A stretch of DNA of 64,000 bases from an uncultured Hormoscilla sp. Its GTDB lineage: Bacteria; Cyanobacteriota; Cyanobacteriia; Cyanobacteriales; Desertifilaceae. Positions 11,556 to 23,135 of the stretch are shown one piece after another. The notes under the pieces were generated by a model that was not told the origin of the DNA, searched no databases, and was given only the letters and a program-made list of their open reading frames with translations. Position 1 is the first letter of the stretch. Each line of letters starts with the position of its first letter. The position numbers and the translations under genes are program-made. The stretch spans positions 5,056,001-5,120,000 of the forward strand of contig OZ001293.3 in NCBI GenBank assembly GCA_963921275.4, read 5' to 3'.

Positions 11556-12178
11556 GTAAATTCTAGAGTTGAAAAACACCCTCAACACAATGGTCGATCG
11601 CCTGAATACCTTTTCTAACGAAGTCACCCGCATGGCGCGGGAGGTAGGCACAGAAGGAAAACTGGCTCTTCGGTACTTAGTATGGTATTTTAGCAATAGA
11701 TTTAGGCTGAAAGCTTTGCTGCGCAAGGCTTTGAGACGATAGACTGTCTTTTTTAGGCAACTATTGGGTCTAGCAAGTCGCCAAAGCTTTACAGAGCAAG
11801 GCTTTCGGATATTTTTGAACCCCTAATTTGCAAACCAAGTACCGAAGAGCCGGAAAACTGGGCGGTCAAGCCCAAGTAGAGGGCGTTGCAGGCACTTGGA
11901 AGGAATTGACGGATAATGTAAATTTCATGGCGGCTAACCTGACTGACCAAGTACGGAATATCGCCGAAGTATCCACAGCAGTGGCACAAGGTGATTTATC
12001 CAATAAAATCACGGTGGAGGCCGAAGGAGAAATTTTGGAGTTGAAGAATACCCTCAACACGATGGTAGATCAACTCAATGCCTTTGCTAGTGAAGTAACG
12101 CGGGTGGCGAGTGAAGTCGGAATAGAAGGAAAACTGGGCGGTCAAGCTAAGGTGGAAGGTGTATCGGAAACCTGGCTG
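11556..12178 (+). pseudogene. Poly-HAMP histidine kinase fragment
   Basis: Repeated [38 protein letters not shown]...[13 protein letters not shown]; interrupted by a MITE and truncated at both ends. Confidence 0.85.
11664..11851. mobile_element. 188-bp ISL3-type MITE
   Basis: GGCTCTTCGGTACTT / AAGTACCGAAGAGCC terminal repeats; perfect 8-bp TSD GGAAAACT. Confidence 0.9.
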
Positions 12179-12204
12179 GGGAGAATTGAAAATAGAGAAA
12201 TATT

Positions 12205-12234
12205 GTAGGTTGGGTTTCGTGCCTCAACCCAACC
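12205..12234. repeat. GTAG-type REP-like hairpin (others at ~13111, 19153-19205, 51583)
   Basis: GTAGGTTGGGTT...AACCCAACC; GTAGGGTGGGC...CCCACC; two copies of GTAGTAAGCACTTTAGTGCT. Confidence 0.6.
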
Positions 12235-12539
12235 AATATCTGAACAATTTGTTCGCAACTCATGCCCAGTAATGGTGAATTTATAGTGACCCGGTTGAGG
12301 CTCTGCCTCCAGACCTTCCGAAGAGGAGCAACAAACTATTCCTTAACAGAGAAGTATTGAGGTATAACAAGGGTAACGAGAGGGTAACGAGAGAGGAAGA
12401 GATAAAATGGAAAGATTGCAGAATATCCAGATATAGAAGCTACCAGAAAGAGTTTATCTGGCAAAATATGATGATTTGCTAGGGTTAGCAAAGGATTTAA
12501 TTTGCATGAAATCACCAATTTTATTGACGGTAGAAACTT

Positions 12540-13080
12540 GGCAACATATTAACCTATTCTTTATGCAGCAAGGCAACATATATGAAACCTTGAGGAATAT
12601 TCACCAACAACTCACTAAGCTGGTATTGCTTACGTTGTAATTGGTGGGATGGCTTTAGCATTACATGGCTGTTTGACTGAAGATATCAACTTATTAATGT
12701 CATCAGAAGGCTTAAACTAATTTCGTCAAACTTTTGTCGGTCGAGGATATGTTTTGGCTTTTACAGGCGCACGGAAAACTTTCACAAACACGGCAACGGG
12801 AGTTAGAATAGAGGTAATTACAACAGGGGAGTTTCCCGGCGATGGTGCGCCCAAAGCAGTTTGTTTCCCAGATCGGCAAGAAGTCGCTGTTGAGTTAGAT
12901 GGATTAATGGCGATCAGGCTTTCTAGCCTGATCGAATTAAAATTAGCATCGGGTTTAAGCGCACCCGATCGCCTGAAAGATTTAGCCGACGTTCAGGAGT
13001 TGATTCTGGTTCTGGAACTGACTGAGGATGTAGGCGATCGCCTACATGTTTCAGTCCGACCAGAATATCTGCGTCTTTGA
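12540..13080 (+). pseudogene. Nucleotidyltransferase-fold protein, fragmented
   Basis: YVVIGGMALALHG, GEFPGDGAPK, LIELKLASG...RLKDLADVQEL; stops and frameshifts. Confidence 0.6.
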
Positions 13081-13217
13081 TCAGCATTGAACCAGCGATC
13101 GTAGTCAGTAAGTAGGGTGGGCACCGCCCACCAACCTTAAGTTAGTGCCATTCGATGGATTGCTATATTCTCCCTGGAAATGATATCCTATGGTAGAGTA
13201 AGAACCGGAGGTGGCAA

Positions 13218-13340
13218 TTGTATATACTTAGCAAAAATATCTGGATTACCAAACTAGAGGTCTACGAAGAAGGGATCGCAGATTTTTGCGGCAAGTGGAA
13301 AATTACTGAATTTGCCCTATTTGCATCTATCCTCCGGGTT
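13218..13340 (+). pseudogene. MNT-type nucleotidyltransferase antitoxin fragment
   Basis: IADFCGKWKITEFALFASILR. Confidence 0.55.
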
Positions 13341-13484
13341 GATTCAACAATTAGAACCGCCGCTTCCACCTATGCCACCGGAGATAGAATAATCTGGATG
13401 GCGATCGCCTCTTCGGACAGAGCATTTCCAGGGTAAAACAATTAGCAAAACAAAAATGGTTAGATCGGAGCACAGTATAAATAT

Positions 13485-13868
13485 ATGGTGATAGCAGGTT
13501 ATTGTCTAGCAGTAGCAGCCACGGCGATCTGGGCAGGAAGTTTCATCGTCGCCAGAGCATTTAATCAGGATATACCGCCAATAAGTCTAGCATTTTGGCG
13601 ATGGACAATTGCCGCCATCACCTTAGCACCATTCGCACTGCCCGGGACAATCAAAGACTGGAAACTGGTGAAAAAGCATCTGCCATACTTAGCTGGAACT
13701 GCCCTGTTAGGGGTGACAGCTTTTAACACCTTGATCTACATAGCGAGTCACACAACCCAGGCAATAAATATGGCCTTAATAGCCACGGCTTCTCCCATTT
13801 TTATGGTAATCATGTCTCGGATATTTTATGGCGAACGGATTACCTGTAAAAAAGCGGCAGTAATGTAG
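13485..13868 (+). pseudogene. DMT/EamA transporter, N-terminal half only
   Basis: IWAGSFIVAR, PPISLAFWRW, NTLIYIASHTT. Confidence 0.75.
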
Positions 13869-14060
13869 TCGCAGTCAGGGTTTGACCCCCCCTATATCTA
13901 GTAGCTGGAGTGGGCTTACTGCTGAGTTTTCTTCAGCCTTAACATATTTTTCTCTGATTAGGCGAATGATAACCATAAGAAATTGTGAAGAAAATTGAGG
14001 GCATTAATGTTTCTAAACAAAACTTAACAAGACTATCATGGAAACATCGTACCCCAGAGG

Positions 14061-16695
14061 TTGAAGTGCTCGTATCAGGACCTTACCGTTATAAAAGTGT
14101 TTAATCGGATACATTTCAGGAATCTGCGCGGCGACATCTTCGGAGGTGTCACAGCCGCAGTTATCGCTCTACCAATGGCTCTAGCCTTCGGGGTCGCCTC
14201 GGGCGCTGGAGCAGAAGCCGGTCTTTACGGAGCCGTATTAGTAGGATTGTTTGCCGCCCTGTTCGGCGGCACCCCGACCTTGATTTCCGAACCCACCGGT
14301 CCGATGACCGTGGTGATGACGGCAGTAATCGCCTCTCTGACTGCCGCTAACCCAGAAAACGGTTCAGCAATGGCCTTTACCGTGGTGATGCTGGCAGGAA
14401 TATTTCAGATCGTCTTCGGTTTATTGAAGTTGGGTAAGTACATTACCCTGATGCCCTACACCGTGATTTCCGGTTTCATGTCGGGAATTGGACTGATCAT
14501 GATCTTCCTTCAGATCGGTCCTTTCCTGGGACAAGCTAACCCCAAGGGCGGCGTTATCGGGGTAATTAGCAACTTGCCCAACTTATTGGCAAATATGAAT
14601 CCGGTCTCGACCGGTTTGGCAGGCTTGACAGTGGCCATTCTGTTCTTAACACCAAAGCAAATGAAGCGAGTGGTGCCGCCGCAACTGATGGCATTAATCG
14701 TGGGGACCGTGGTTTCTCTGATGTTCTTCCCGGATGTTGATATTCGACGAATTGGCGAGATCCCGAGTGGTTTGCCCAGCTTACAAATGCCTTTCTTTAC
14801 TGTAGAGCAACTACAGACGATGTTAGTCGATGCTGTAGTGCTAGCAATGCTCGGTTGCATTGACGCTTTGCTAACCTCGGTGATCGCTGACAGCTTGACT
14901 AGTACTCAACATGACTCGGATAAAGAATTGATCGGTCAAGGCATCGGTAACCTGGCTTCTGGACTATTTGGAGGAATTGCTGGAGCTGGTGCGACGATGG
15001 GAACCGTGGTCAATATCCAAGCGGGTGGAAAAACCGCCGTATCTGGCTTAACTCGCGCTGGCATCTTGCTGATTGTTGTCTTGTGGGCAGGGGGTTTGAC
15101 CCAGAATATTCCCCTGGCAGTCCTCGCTGGCATCGCCCTCAAGGTCGGGATTGATATTATCGATTGGAGTTTCCTCAAACGCGCTCATCAAGTATCCATT
15201 AAGGGTGCCTTGATTATGTATGGGGTGATCGGACTAACCGTATTTGTTGACTTGATTGCGGCTGTGGGGCTGGGAGTTTTTGTCGCTAATCTGTTGACGA
15301 TTAAGCGCCTGACGGATCTGCAATCTCAGGATGTCAAGACGGTTACCGATGCTGATGATGAAATCCTCTTGAGTCCGGAAGAGAAAGAACTACTCAATCA
15401 AGCTGACGGTCGCGTGCTCTTGTTCCACCTCAGCGGTCCGATGATCTTTGGGGTTTCTAAGGCGATCTCCCGCCAGCAAACAGCAATGAAAGACCACGAG
15501 GTGCTGATTCTGGATCTCAGCGACGTGCCCCTGCTAGGCGTCACTTCTTCTCTGGCGATCGAGAATGCGATCAAAGAAGCTTGCGATAACGGTCGTCACG
15601 TCTTCATTGTCGGTGCCGCAGGCGAAATCAAACGGCGGTTGGAAAAATTTTGCATTTTGCAAATGTTACCTCCGCAACACCTGGTGATGGAGCGCAAGGA
15701 CGCACTCAAGCAAGCAGTTGCCCTGGTTAATGGCTATGATGCCAATGATACTCTTAATGGGTATGTGCGATTCGTTCTAGCCTAACGTGGTCAAACACGG
15801 AACGCTAGCCCGGTTTCATTAGCCGGGAACTCTGACCGCATGGGGGTTAAATTCCCCTCCCCCCAGGTACGGGGGTGACACCGGTCCTCGGTGCTACGAA
15901 GCGACATCATCGTGGTGCTAAGCGAGGACTCAAATGTAGGATAACTGGCAGCCTAAGCCGGTGACGCCACTAGGAAAGATATCCAAGGTTAGAGCAGGCA
16001 AACATGTGCAAGCCTCGTTATAAGGAACCAGCGAAATAAGGCTATATGCGCTGGCCTAAAAAGGAAATGGTAGCTAGTATTAGTTTTAGACTCTGGCTAA
16101 TATAGTACTCAAATAGCTCCCGGGGTATAGTGTGGACCTAAAGGTATCGCGAAATGTTGTTAGGGAACGAAGTAACCTCTCGTGTGCTGTCCATCAGGAC
16201 AAGTTAGATGTTAAGCGCAAGCCACGGGGGGAGGGATGGCCCAAGAAGCGAATGCCCGGGGTAATTCCTGGGATAACATCTACAGTAATGTAGATGATGC
16301 TGGGTAGCCAGCGCTGACGTGGGTCGGTGATACTAGGAAGCTGCTGGAATGAGTAATCCTAAAAAGCCACGGAACTAATCCGAAACGCAAGTGGAGGATA
16401 AGGTATGGATAACTGGTAAAACTGACTTGAAAATGGTGATACTAACGGTTATCAGAACAACCACTCGCTAAACCAGGAAAGGGAAGAAAAGACAGGCGGC
16501 AAGGGCTAACGGAAGTAATTCCTATTAAGTCTACCTATGAAAAGGGCCTAGTACCCAGTAGCCGGATGCGGTGAAAATCGCAAGTCCGGTTCCTCAAGGG
16601 AGGGTCGGGAAGCGATTCCCGGCTCGACCCCATCCATATCGCAGATCAATGATACTTCATCCAATCAGGATATAGTCAATGCCAATAACTTTTGA
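14061..16695 (+). CDS. bicA: SulP-family bicarbonate transporter BicA; C-terminal tail split by a group II intron (exon 2 predicted at 16636-16695; start codon uncertain)
   Basis: IHFRNLRGDIFGGVTAAVIALPMALAFGVASG, SEPTGPMT, STAS domain; followed by an nhaS3-like gene. Confidence 0.9.
15765..16635 (+). ncRNA. ORF-less group II intron, 871 nt (copy A)
   Basis: GTGCGATTCG start; domain V AGCCGGATGCGGTGAAAATCGCAAGTCCGGTT; domain VI; near-identical to 17972-18842. Confidence 0.92.
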
Positions 16696-16699
16696 TCTC

Positions 16700-17230
16700 C
16701 AGACAAGGTCGCAGGCAACAGTGCTAGTAATTTAAGTATTTGCACCAAATGAAATACTTTGTTATTGTCAAGTTGGCGAGAATATCTAATTGAGAACCAG
16801 CCAACCTGCCAAGTAATTCGTTTCCAGTTCGTCAACCCTATGAAGAGCGAGCAAGACTACTTCAAATCAACTGTTGCGATCGGAATACTACTTGTAGTAT
16901 TATTCCTGCAATTCATTGGCGGCCTCACTCCCGAATCCGTTATCAGTCTTCCAAAATCAAAGCGAAGTAATCTCGGTTTTATCGGAACTGGGCGTGATCG
17001 TTCTCTTATTTGAAATAGGTCTGGAATCAGACTTAAGAGAATTGAAGGAAGTCGGTTACCAAGCAGCAATTGTGGCTGTAGTCGGAGTAGCAGCCCCTTT
17101 TGGTGCGGGCACGGCGGGGCTAATGTTATTGTTTGGCATACCCGCAATTCCGGCAATTTTTGCAGGGGTGGCCCTGACTGCTACCAGTATCGGGATTACT
17201 TCTAAAGTTCTATCAGAACCCAGAAGCTAA
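16700..17230 (+). pseudogene. Na+/H+ antiporter (NhaS3-like), fragmented
   Basis: SEVISVLSELGVIVLLFEIGLESDL, ALTATSIGITSKVLSE; truncated. Confidence 0.8.
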
Positions 17231-17377
17231 AATCTGAGCGCGGATTCCGATTTCAGAGCTTAGCTAGCATGACGATCTTTCCTCACTGACAGAAGAGCGC
17301 TATAACCATCTCTCTGGTAAAATTTAGACAATAATATTAGACTTGACATTACTGAGAAAGTTGGGGAACCTGAAAAT

Positions 17378-17611
17378 ATGTCACAGAAAACTTTTGAGAT
17401 TACTAAGTTATCTGAGAACTTAATAGATTTATTGTCTGATATTCAGAATCAAACAGAGGTGCTGTTGATTCGTGAGGGACTGCCTTTGGCTAAGGTTATG
17501 CCATTGCCAGTTGAGCAACCAGTGACACCCAAGGTCGGGTTAAATTATGGGGCAATGGTGATGAGTGATGATTTTGATGAGCCTTTACCTGATGCTTTTT
17601 GGGGTCTATGA
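17378..17611 (+). CDS. Putative type II antitoxin (Phd-like)
   Basis: EVLLIREGLPLAKV...MSDDFDEPLPDAFW; overlaps the PIN gene. Confidence 0.7.
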   Translation: MSQKTFEITKLSENLIDLLSDIQNQTEVLLIREGLPLAKVMPLPVEQPVTPKVGLNYGAMVMSDDFDEPLPDAFWGL

Positions 17612-17850
17612 AAGTTTTATATGATACTCATGCGTTTATTTGGTGGGATAGTCAGCAACAACAGTTATCAAATGAGATTGTGGAGTTTTTGCTACAACCG
17701 GATACAATGAAAGTTGTTAGTGTTGTGAGTTTGTGGGAAATTAAAATTAAAAGTCAGTTGGGAAAGTTAACCCTCAATCAACCTTTAGAAAAATTTACCA
17801 GAGTCAAAGTCAAAATGGAATCTCCTTTTTAGCGGTGAATCCTGGGTGTG
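17608..17850 (+). pseudogene. VapC/PIN toxin, frameshifted and truncated
   Basis: LYDTHAFIWW, VSVVSLWEIKIKSQLGKL. Confidence 0.75.
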
Positions 17851-17859
17851 GTCAAAACC

Positions 17860-19130
17860 CGTTGATCTTGCCTGGCTCCTTTGCGGGCACCGCCGAGCTA
17901 GTCTTCCCCACCGAGAGTGCTGCAACCCTAGTAGCAGTGCTCACGAGGGAGGATCCCGAAAGTCCGGAACTGGATGGGGTCGAGCCGGGAATCGCTTCCC
18001 GACCCTCCCTTGAGGAACCGGACTTGCGATTTTCACCGCATCCGGCTACTGGGTACTAGGCCCTTTTCATAGGTAGACTTAATAGGAATTACTTCCGTTA
18101 GCCCTTGCCGCCTGTCTTTTCTTCCCTTTCCTGGTTTAGCGAGTGGTTGTTCTGATAACCGTTAGTATCACCATTTTCAAGTCAGTTTTACCAGTTATCC
18201 ATACCTTATCCTCCACTTGCGTTTCGGATTAGTTCCGTGGCTTTTTAGGATTACTCATTCCAGCAGCTTCCTAGTATCACCGACCCACGTCAGCGCTGGC
18301 TACCCAGCATCATCTACATTACTGTAGATGTTATCCCAGGAATTACCCCGGGCATTCGCTTCTTGGGCCATCCCTCCCCCCGTGGCTTGCGCTTAACATC
18401 TAACTTGTCCTGATGGACAGCACACGAGAGGTTACTTCGTTCCCTAACAACATTTCGCGATACCTTTAGGTCCACACTATACCCCGGGAGCTATTTGAGT
18501 ACTATATTAGCCAGAGTCTAAAACTAATACTAGCTACCATTTCCTTTTTAGGCCAGCGCATATAGCCTTATTTCGCTGGTTCCTTATAACGAGGCTTGCA
18601 CATGTTTGCCTGCTCTAACCTTGGATATCTTTCCTAGCGGCGTCACCGGCTTAGGCTGCCAGTTATCCTACATTTGAGTCCTCGCTTAGCACCACGATGA
18701 TGTCGCTTCGTAGCACCGAGGACCGGTGTCACCCCCGTACCTGGGGGGAGGGGAATTTAACCCCCATGCGGTCAGAGTTCCCGGCTAATGAAACCGGGCT
18801 AGCGTTCCGTGTTTGACCACGTTAGGCTAGAACGAATCGCACAGATTCCCTGAAGATTGGCAAACTGAAGTAGGCAATATCGCGATCAATGGTGTTATGG
18901 GTTCAATAGGCAATGTGCTAGATAAGCCCCCTAACCTATGTTCTTCCCACTTACATAGAGGAGGAAGTGGAGCATTTGATGCCAGTCAAGCAGTCTGATG
19001 CTAACACAACTGTGCTCTTGGCACAAGCGCGTTTTGATATCGAAGAACTGCAAGTTCAAGGAGACATTGTGCTGTTTTTCGATGTCGGTTCTTTCAATGC
19101 CTTGCTCGCGGCGATCGAGCAGGTAGGATG
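17860..19130 (+). pseudogene. cheC: CheC-like chemotaxis phosphatase, interrupted by an antisense intron
   Basis: GTAELVFPTESAATLVAVLT...PEL|DSLKIG...EVGNIAINGVMGSIGN...QGDIVLFFDVGSF; extra frameshifts. Confidence 0.75.
17972..18842 (-). ncRNA. ORF-less group II intron, 871 nt (copy B)
   Basis: Reverse complement of 15765-16635, with only one substitution spotted by eye. Confidence 0.92.
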
Positions 19131-19251
19131 AATTGGGTCCCGTTCGTACTGTTCGTAGTAAGCACTTTAGTGCTTCGGGGTTCGTAGTAAGCACTTTAGT
19201 GCTTCCCAGGCGCGAAAGCGCCTAGCTAGCCTGTCCAGCGTAAGCAAGAAG

Positions 19252-19482
19252 TCAGAAATAATTTTTGAGAATATCTTCCCATGAAGTACGAATCATATTT
19301 GCTGGGATGGGTATCTCTGAGTTTTTGGTATTAGCTATGACAAAGGCATTGTCTGAAAGAGATAAAATACCTGAATCATTCCCCTGAGGATCGTCACCAG
19401 AAACTGAATCTGTATAACTAGATAGTTCGTCAATTGGAATTCTCAATGCTTTAGAGAAACCAGTAATCTTGCTTTTCCCCAT
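19252..19482 (-). CDS. Hypothetical protein
   Basis: 76-aa ORF with AAGGAG upstream. Confidence 0.4.
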   Translation of the reverse strand: MGKSKITGFSKALRIPIDELSSYTDSVSGDDPQGNDSGILSLSDNAFVIANTKNSEIPIPANMIRTSWEDILKNYF

Positions 19483-19532
19483 GTTTCAAAAGTAGCGAAC
19501 TCCTTAAGTTTAGCAGATGCAAATTTGCAACT

Positions 19533-20000
19533 TCAAATTTGCAACAAATATTGATTTCTATTCATCGCTAAAAAACGTTCTGCACCTCTATAAATGATAT
19601 TGAGATCACTTCCATAATCTATAAATAAAAAATTCTTGCCATCTACTTTTTCAAACTGACAACCAAAAATTACATTCAAGTAAAGTCCCATAGTATCAAC
19701 AGCATTACTTGTACTGATTTCCTCGACTTGCTTCAACTGAATAAATAAATATAGGCTTTCATTAACTATAGAGATATTTTGCTTAATTTCATTGGGCAGC
19801 CAAACTGGATCCCATTTAATTGCTAGGGTTGCAGTTTGTTGGACTACATCATAAAAAATCCCTATCCAGTAGGAATCATGTAACGTGTATTTATCTTTGA
19901 ACTCTTTGAAGCTCATATTTATTCCATAATGCCAAGGTAAAGCATCCTCAACAAGCTGACGATGCCACCAATCTGGATAACTATTAAAATCTACATTCAT
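19533..20000 (-). CDS. Hypothetical protein
   Basis: 155-aa AT-rich ORF. Confidence 0.55.
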   Translation of the reverse strand: MNVDFNSYPDWWHRQLVEDALPWHYGINMSFKEFKDKYTLHDSYWIGIFYDVVQQTATLAIKWDPVWLPNEIKQNISIVNESLYLFIQLKQVEEISTSNAVDTMGLYLNVIFGCQFEKVDGKNFLFIDYGSDLNIIYRGAERFLAMNRNQYLLQI

Positions 20001-20402
20001 ATCAATAACCTGAAATTACAATGTTCTCCCAAACCTAAGCCTTAGCGCAGCGCTTTGTTTGGATAAGATGGTTAGATATTTCTCTGGCCCGTTGTTTGAT
20101 GCGAGATGCATTGCTGTTCTTGCCCATGCATTAATAGCCTTTTGCATCATCAACTTAGATAATTCATAGGGACATGTTCCATCCTTAAAGTTATGATTAC
20201 ACGCTCTAATATATTAGTCAAATATGCTGATTTATTCAGACAAATAACGGGTCGTCAAATACTAGAAATCATTGTTTGGTTTGATGATGGTGCCGTTTAT
20301 ATCGTAGATGCGTAATCAATGCATAATCCTGGTCGAATGGATTAAATTCTTAATGGTTCATGGCTAACAAGTAACCATAAACCATTAAGCAATAATTAAC
20401 AA

Positions 20403-21824
20403 CTAACTAACAGCTTTCTCTGCTAATTTGGGTTCCGAAGGTACCAGACGACTTGCCACTTGCTTGACAAAACTCTGTAAAAATGCCATGCGGTTATTTT
20501 GTTGAAACACATTTTTCAGGGTTTCTCCCAGCTTGTCAAGATTGAAACCTTCCTCTACACTCAGATCCTGAGCTTGGAAATATTCAATCAAGCTTAAACC
20601 CGCTAATCGAGTTAAATAAGCAGCACTGACTCCCTGGGCGACTCCACCGGCAACGTAGGTGACGGCATGACTTTTCAGGATGCCACTAATGGTTTGGGTG
20701 GTAAGTTCCACTAAACCCAGTTTCAGCATCAGACTGCCGATGGTGCTAGCAGCTTTTTGCGCCCGATCGAGGTCAAATTTTTGCTGATAAACTGCTCCCA
20801 AATCCATCACCAACTGGCCATTAATTGCCCCAGTTGCCAGTAAATCCAAGGCCGGAACGGGGTTGGCGAAGGCCGCCGCGGCGGCGATGTACTGATATTG
20901 CTCAATAATGGGAAGGGCCAGATCGCGTCGCAGTCCATTTAGAACTTCTTTTACCTCAACTGTGAGGATATCAGCTTGACGCTTCGTTGTGGCCCACACC
21001 AACTGTTGAGCTTCCGTTTCCAGGATGTGACTTAACCTTTCTGTTAGGGGAGAGATCTGCGGTTCTTGGTTTTCCATCCATTCCTTTACCTCCCCATCTT
21101 CAGAATGCTTGCGCACCTTGATGGCATCCGGAGAGGCGGCGATCGCCACCACATCTTTTGACTCCAAGATTCCTGCGGTCCGCTGCCGCAACTGCTCCAA
21201 TATCATCGGTTGTTCCTCTGGTAAATACTGGTCTTGCTTGTTGAATGCCAGTACAGTCCGCTGGTGGACTGCTGCTAGTTGCTGCAAGGTTTGAAATTCT
21301 GAGTCAGTCAGGTCTCCCGCCGTCACAAACACCACTAAATCTGAGTTGGACAAGATCCCCTCTGCTGCTGTGGTTTCTCCATCATCAGCAACAAATAAGG
21401 CGGGTGTTTCCTGGATCTCCCAGTGAGAGTCTAGTCTTTGGATCAAGCTAGTTTTACCCACGCTTTTACCACCGGTGACAGCCAGGCGAATTTCCTTTCT
21501 GTCTAATTGAGCAGTCAGTTGTTCAACCCCTTTCCGCCAGGTCGAGACATCCTGGTTTTCCGCTTCCAACTGCTTAATGGCCCCGTTAATTTTGGCGATC
21601 GCCTTTTCCACCGTCTCTTTTTCTACCGGCACATATCCCAAGGGCAAATCCAGATTCTTCGCCGTTTTTTGCTTGAACCACCAGAGTCCAGTCAGGGCGA
21701 TCGCGCCCATCATTGTCAACTCTGACAGCTGACTCATTTCCTGCTGGATACTTTTCCATAACCATAGTGCCAGAGATAGACCAACTCCACCGATTAAAAT
21801 CGGGCGTTTCAATTTAATATCCAT
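20403..21824 (-). CDS. YcjF/DUF697-family GTP-binding protein
   Basis: GGKSVGKTS P-loop, GDLTDSE, FNKQD, AAAAAFANPVPALDLLATGAINGQLV. Confidence 0.8.
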   Translation of the reverse strand: MDIKLKRPILIGGVGLSLALWLWKSIQQEMSQLSELTMMGAIALTGLWWFKQKTAKNLDLPLGYVPVEKETVEKAIAKINGAIKQLEAENQDVSTWRKGVEQLTAQLDRKEIRLAVTGGKSVGKTSLIQRLDSHWEIQETPALFVADDGETTAAEGILSNSDLVVFVTAGDLTDSEFQTLQQLAAVHQRTVLAFNKQDQYLPEEQPMILEQLRQRTAGILESKDVVAIAASPDAIKVRKHSEDGEVKEWMENQEPQISPLTERLSHILETEAQQLVWATTKRQADILTVEVKEVLNGLRRDLALPIIEQYQYIAAAAAFANPVPALDLLATGAINGQLVMDLGAVYQQKFDLDRAQKAASTIGSLMLKLGLVELTTQTISGILKSHAVTYVAGGVAQGVSAAYLTRLAGLSLIEYFQAQDLSVEEGFNLDKLGETLKNVFQQNNRMAFLQSFVKQVASRLVPSEPKLAEKAVS

Positions 21825-22133
21825 TTTTTCCTCTCCCCTGTACTGTCTTTACCTACTTATCTCTATGCTATACTCAACCTCTTTTTCTCAACTATTCATG
21901 CTACCATTTCCAATTATTTATTTATATTATAGCATCATCCAATTTCATAATGCAACTCTATTATGATAATTTTACAATTAATAATCTTTATTCCCTTGTC
22001 CTAACATTACCATTATTTGTTCCCGGTCAATAAATATATTTTCCTTCTACATCGTTTACGATTTATAAAAATCTACCTTGTTCCTGAGCCCCTTGTTAGT
22101 TATCACCGCGAACAACCGACAACTGATAACCGA

Positions 22134-22449
22134 TTAGACCTCTCCAAAAATTGAAATCCTTACCAGCCTTGGGTTTCAAGTATGTATCTCACTTGCTCAC
22201 ATATGTTACTCAAGCGACAAAATCGGAGTTTAATAGAGTTCCTGTAAATATTGCACTCTCTCGATGGTATTGGTTAACTTCAAAGTTTTCAGCGCCATCA
22301 CCCCTATCTACTACTTCTAAAATCAACGCACCAATTCGCAATCTTACTAACCCACAAATTGTGGAAATCACAGAGTTGAATTTTTCAGTATTTAAACGAA
22401 ATCTTTCACTGGCAACATGGCTAACGCCACGTGATCGAAAAATTTTCAC
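22134..22449 (-). mobile_element. IS5/DDE-type transposase 3' remnant
   Basis: KIFR...VASERFRLN...TICGLVRLRIGALIL; end TTAGACCTCTCCAAAAATT. Confidence 0.65.
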
Positions 22450-23135
22450 GTAACTGCTCACCGCAAAAAGTAGGGCTTGTTGAGAAAGGAAGAAAGAGAT
22501 AAATTACAAGCCCTATGCATCTGTTAAGTAGATTGCCATCATGGACCGCAACCAGCAAAAAGTAAGGCTTGTTGAGAAAGGAAGAAATAAATAAATTACA
22601 AGCCCTATGCATCTGTTAAGTAGATTGTTATCGGTGGCGGACCGCGACCAACAAAAAGTAGGGCTTGTTGAGATTAAGATAAATTACAAGCCCTATGCAT
22701 CTGTTAAGTAGATTGCAAGGTGGACCGCGACTAGCCAAGGACAAAAGTTCACGGCGCTCGCCGATGATTCTTGCAACCGCATAGTTTCGCTTGAGCTAAA
22801 CATCATTGCGACTAACTTAGCCCCCCAATCACTTCTGGCTCCACCGCTAACTTTGCGATGTACTACTACAGGACGCAATACCCGCTCGGCATCATTATTG
22901 TCCGGTTTAACTTCCTATGGGAGTTAGAAATGTGAACCATTCATCCCAATGGCGTTCAAGTCTATTAGCAAGTCTTTGGGCGTCCGCAGGCCATCCAGCA
23001 GATGGAGGCTGATCTAAAATTGTTTTCAGTTGCGTTTCTACACTTGGACGTTTTTGCGCTCTGTTGTAAGTTGCAACTATTCGATCGAGAATAAGCTTAT
23101 TCCCCATATTCCGCACGACAAGCTGTAACATGATA
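22450..23135 (-). mobile_element. IS66-family remnant
   Basis: GTAACTGCTCACC terminus; EWFTFLT...DNNDAERVLRPVVVHRKVSGGARSDWGA. Confidence 0.75.
22464..22736. repeat. Three ~92-96 bp tandem units with a TAGGGCTTGT/ACAAGCCCTA hairpin
   Basis: Units start at ~22464, 22556 and 22652. Confidence 0.85.

Noticed and set aside
15765..18842. Composite transposon bounded by 871-bp inverted repeats
   Set aside because: The repeats are group II introns, each with its own restorable host gene, and there is no TSD or transposase.
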